From Octopus bimaculoides (taxonomy: Eukaryota), in assembly GCF_001194135.2 (NCBI RefSeq), contig NC_068995.1, forward strand, positions 37,106,711-37,157,986: a stretch of DNA of 51,276 nt, in the 5' to 3' direction. Under the pieces are notes generated by a model. That model was not told where the DNA came from. It saw only the letters and a program-made list of their open reading frames with translations, and searched no databases. Both the position numbers and the translations under genes were made by a program. This document shows positions 50,571 through 51,276 of the stretch, one piece after another; positions within the stretch are counted from its first letter, which is position 1, and every line of letters begins with the position of its first letter.

Positions 50571-50766
50571 ACATATATATATACATACATAGTAATGTGC
50601 TACACACGTACTGTTGTTGGCGAGTTCGTTTCGTTCTTTGGAATTTTCAATTTCTCTTTTACGACGAAGAGTTATGATCGAAACATCAAACTCACTTTTT
50701 ACCAAGCTAACGCAATCCTTCTGCACCACACATGTCCGTTAATATTATTATTGGTTTATTTGAACT

Positions 50767-50809
<43 letters not shown>

Positions 50810-51276
50810 GTGTATACACGTGTGTGCGTTCCCGTGGGTGTGTGGGTCTATATATATATACACGCATATATACGTACATACATAAAAACATACATATATA
50901 GGAATATATGTATAAGTTATGTGCTTTATTTTTATCAGTCAGATTATTAATTCTCAGACTCAATATTTTGAAATGACGTGAAGTGGAAAATATCTAGAAT
51001 TATGGCTTGTTGTGATTATTTAATTTGATAAGATTGGTGGTTTCTTGAAACTGTAGCTTTACTCATCTTTTACTTAATTATTATATATTGTAACTGTATA
51101 GGTAGAAGTCTTCGTAGCAGCCTCATTATTATTGTTTATAGCGGTAATAATACTCCACATACTTGCATTTATATATATGTATATATGCATTCATATAAAT
51201 ATATTCATGTATATATGGATATATATTTCTATTCATAATATATATGGATATATATATTTCTATTCATAAAATATAT

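Noticed and set aside
50612-50720. Possible minus-strand exon with an RRKR furin-like site (cadherin prodomain?)
   Set aside because: The acceptor has no pyrimidine tract, the end phase (1) does not match exon A (0), and no intervening EC exons were found.

Overview
AT-rich, microsatellite-dense eukaryotic genomic DNA with five assembly gaps (N runs at 2225-2634, 19018-19027, 23600-23609, 26087-26900, 39237-39307). The repeat content suggests an octopus or other coleoid cephalopod; this is inference, not a database result. The only well-supported host gene is the internal part of a multi-exon cadherin-superfamily gene on the minus strand. Seven GT-AG exons (44273-44061, 41902-41795, 38500-38372, 27291-27118, 20696-20444, 11084-10803, 6399-6146) splice in frame to about 471 aa, covering three complete and two partial extracellular cadherin (EC) repeats. 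Two of these exons, and the start of a third, are absent from the ORF track. Both gene ends were not found and probably lie outside the window. The introns (2-11 kb) hold about 20 copies of one tRNA-derived SINE, three other SINE types, four internally deleted Tc1/mariner elements plus a fragment, three R4/Dong-type non-LTR retrotransposon remnants, and several foldback or inverted repeats. Most ORFs in the track are microsatellite, gap or transposon artefacts. I see no evidence for a wholly new biological system. The best leads are a probably calcium-free EC linker carried on an in-frame-skippable exon flanked by inverted SINEs, and a dense set of long intronic inverted repeats that could form dsRNA.
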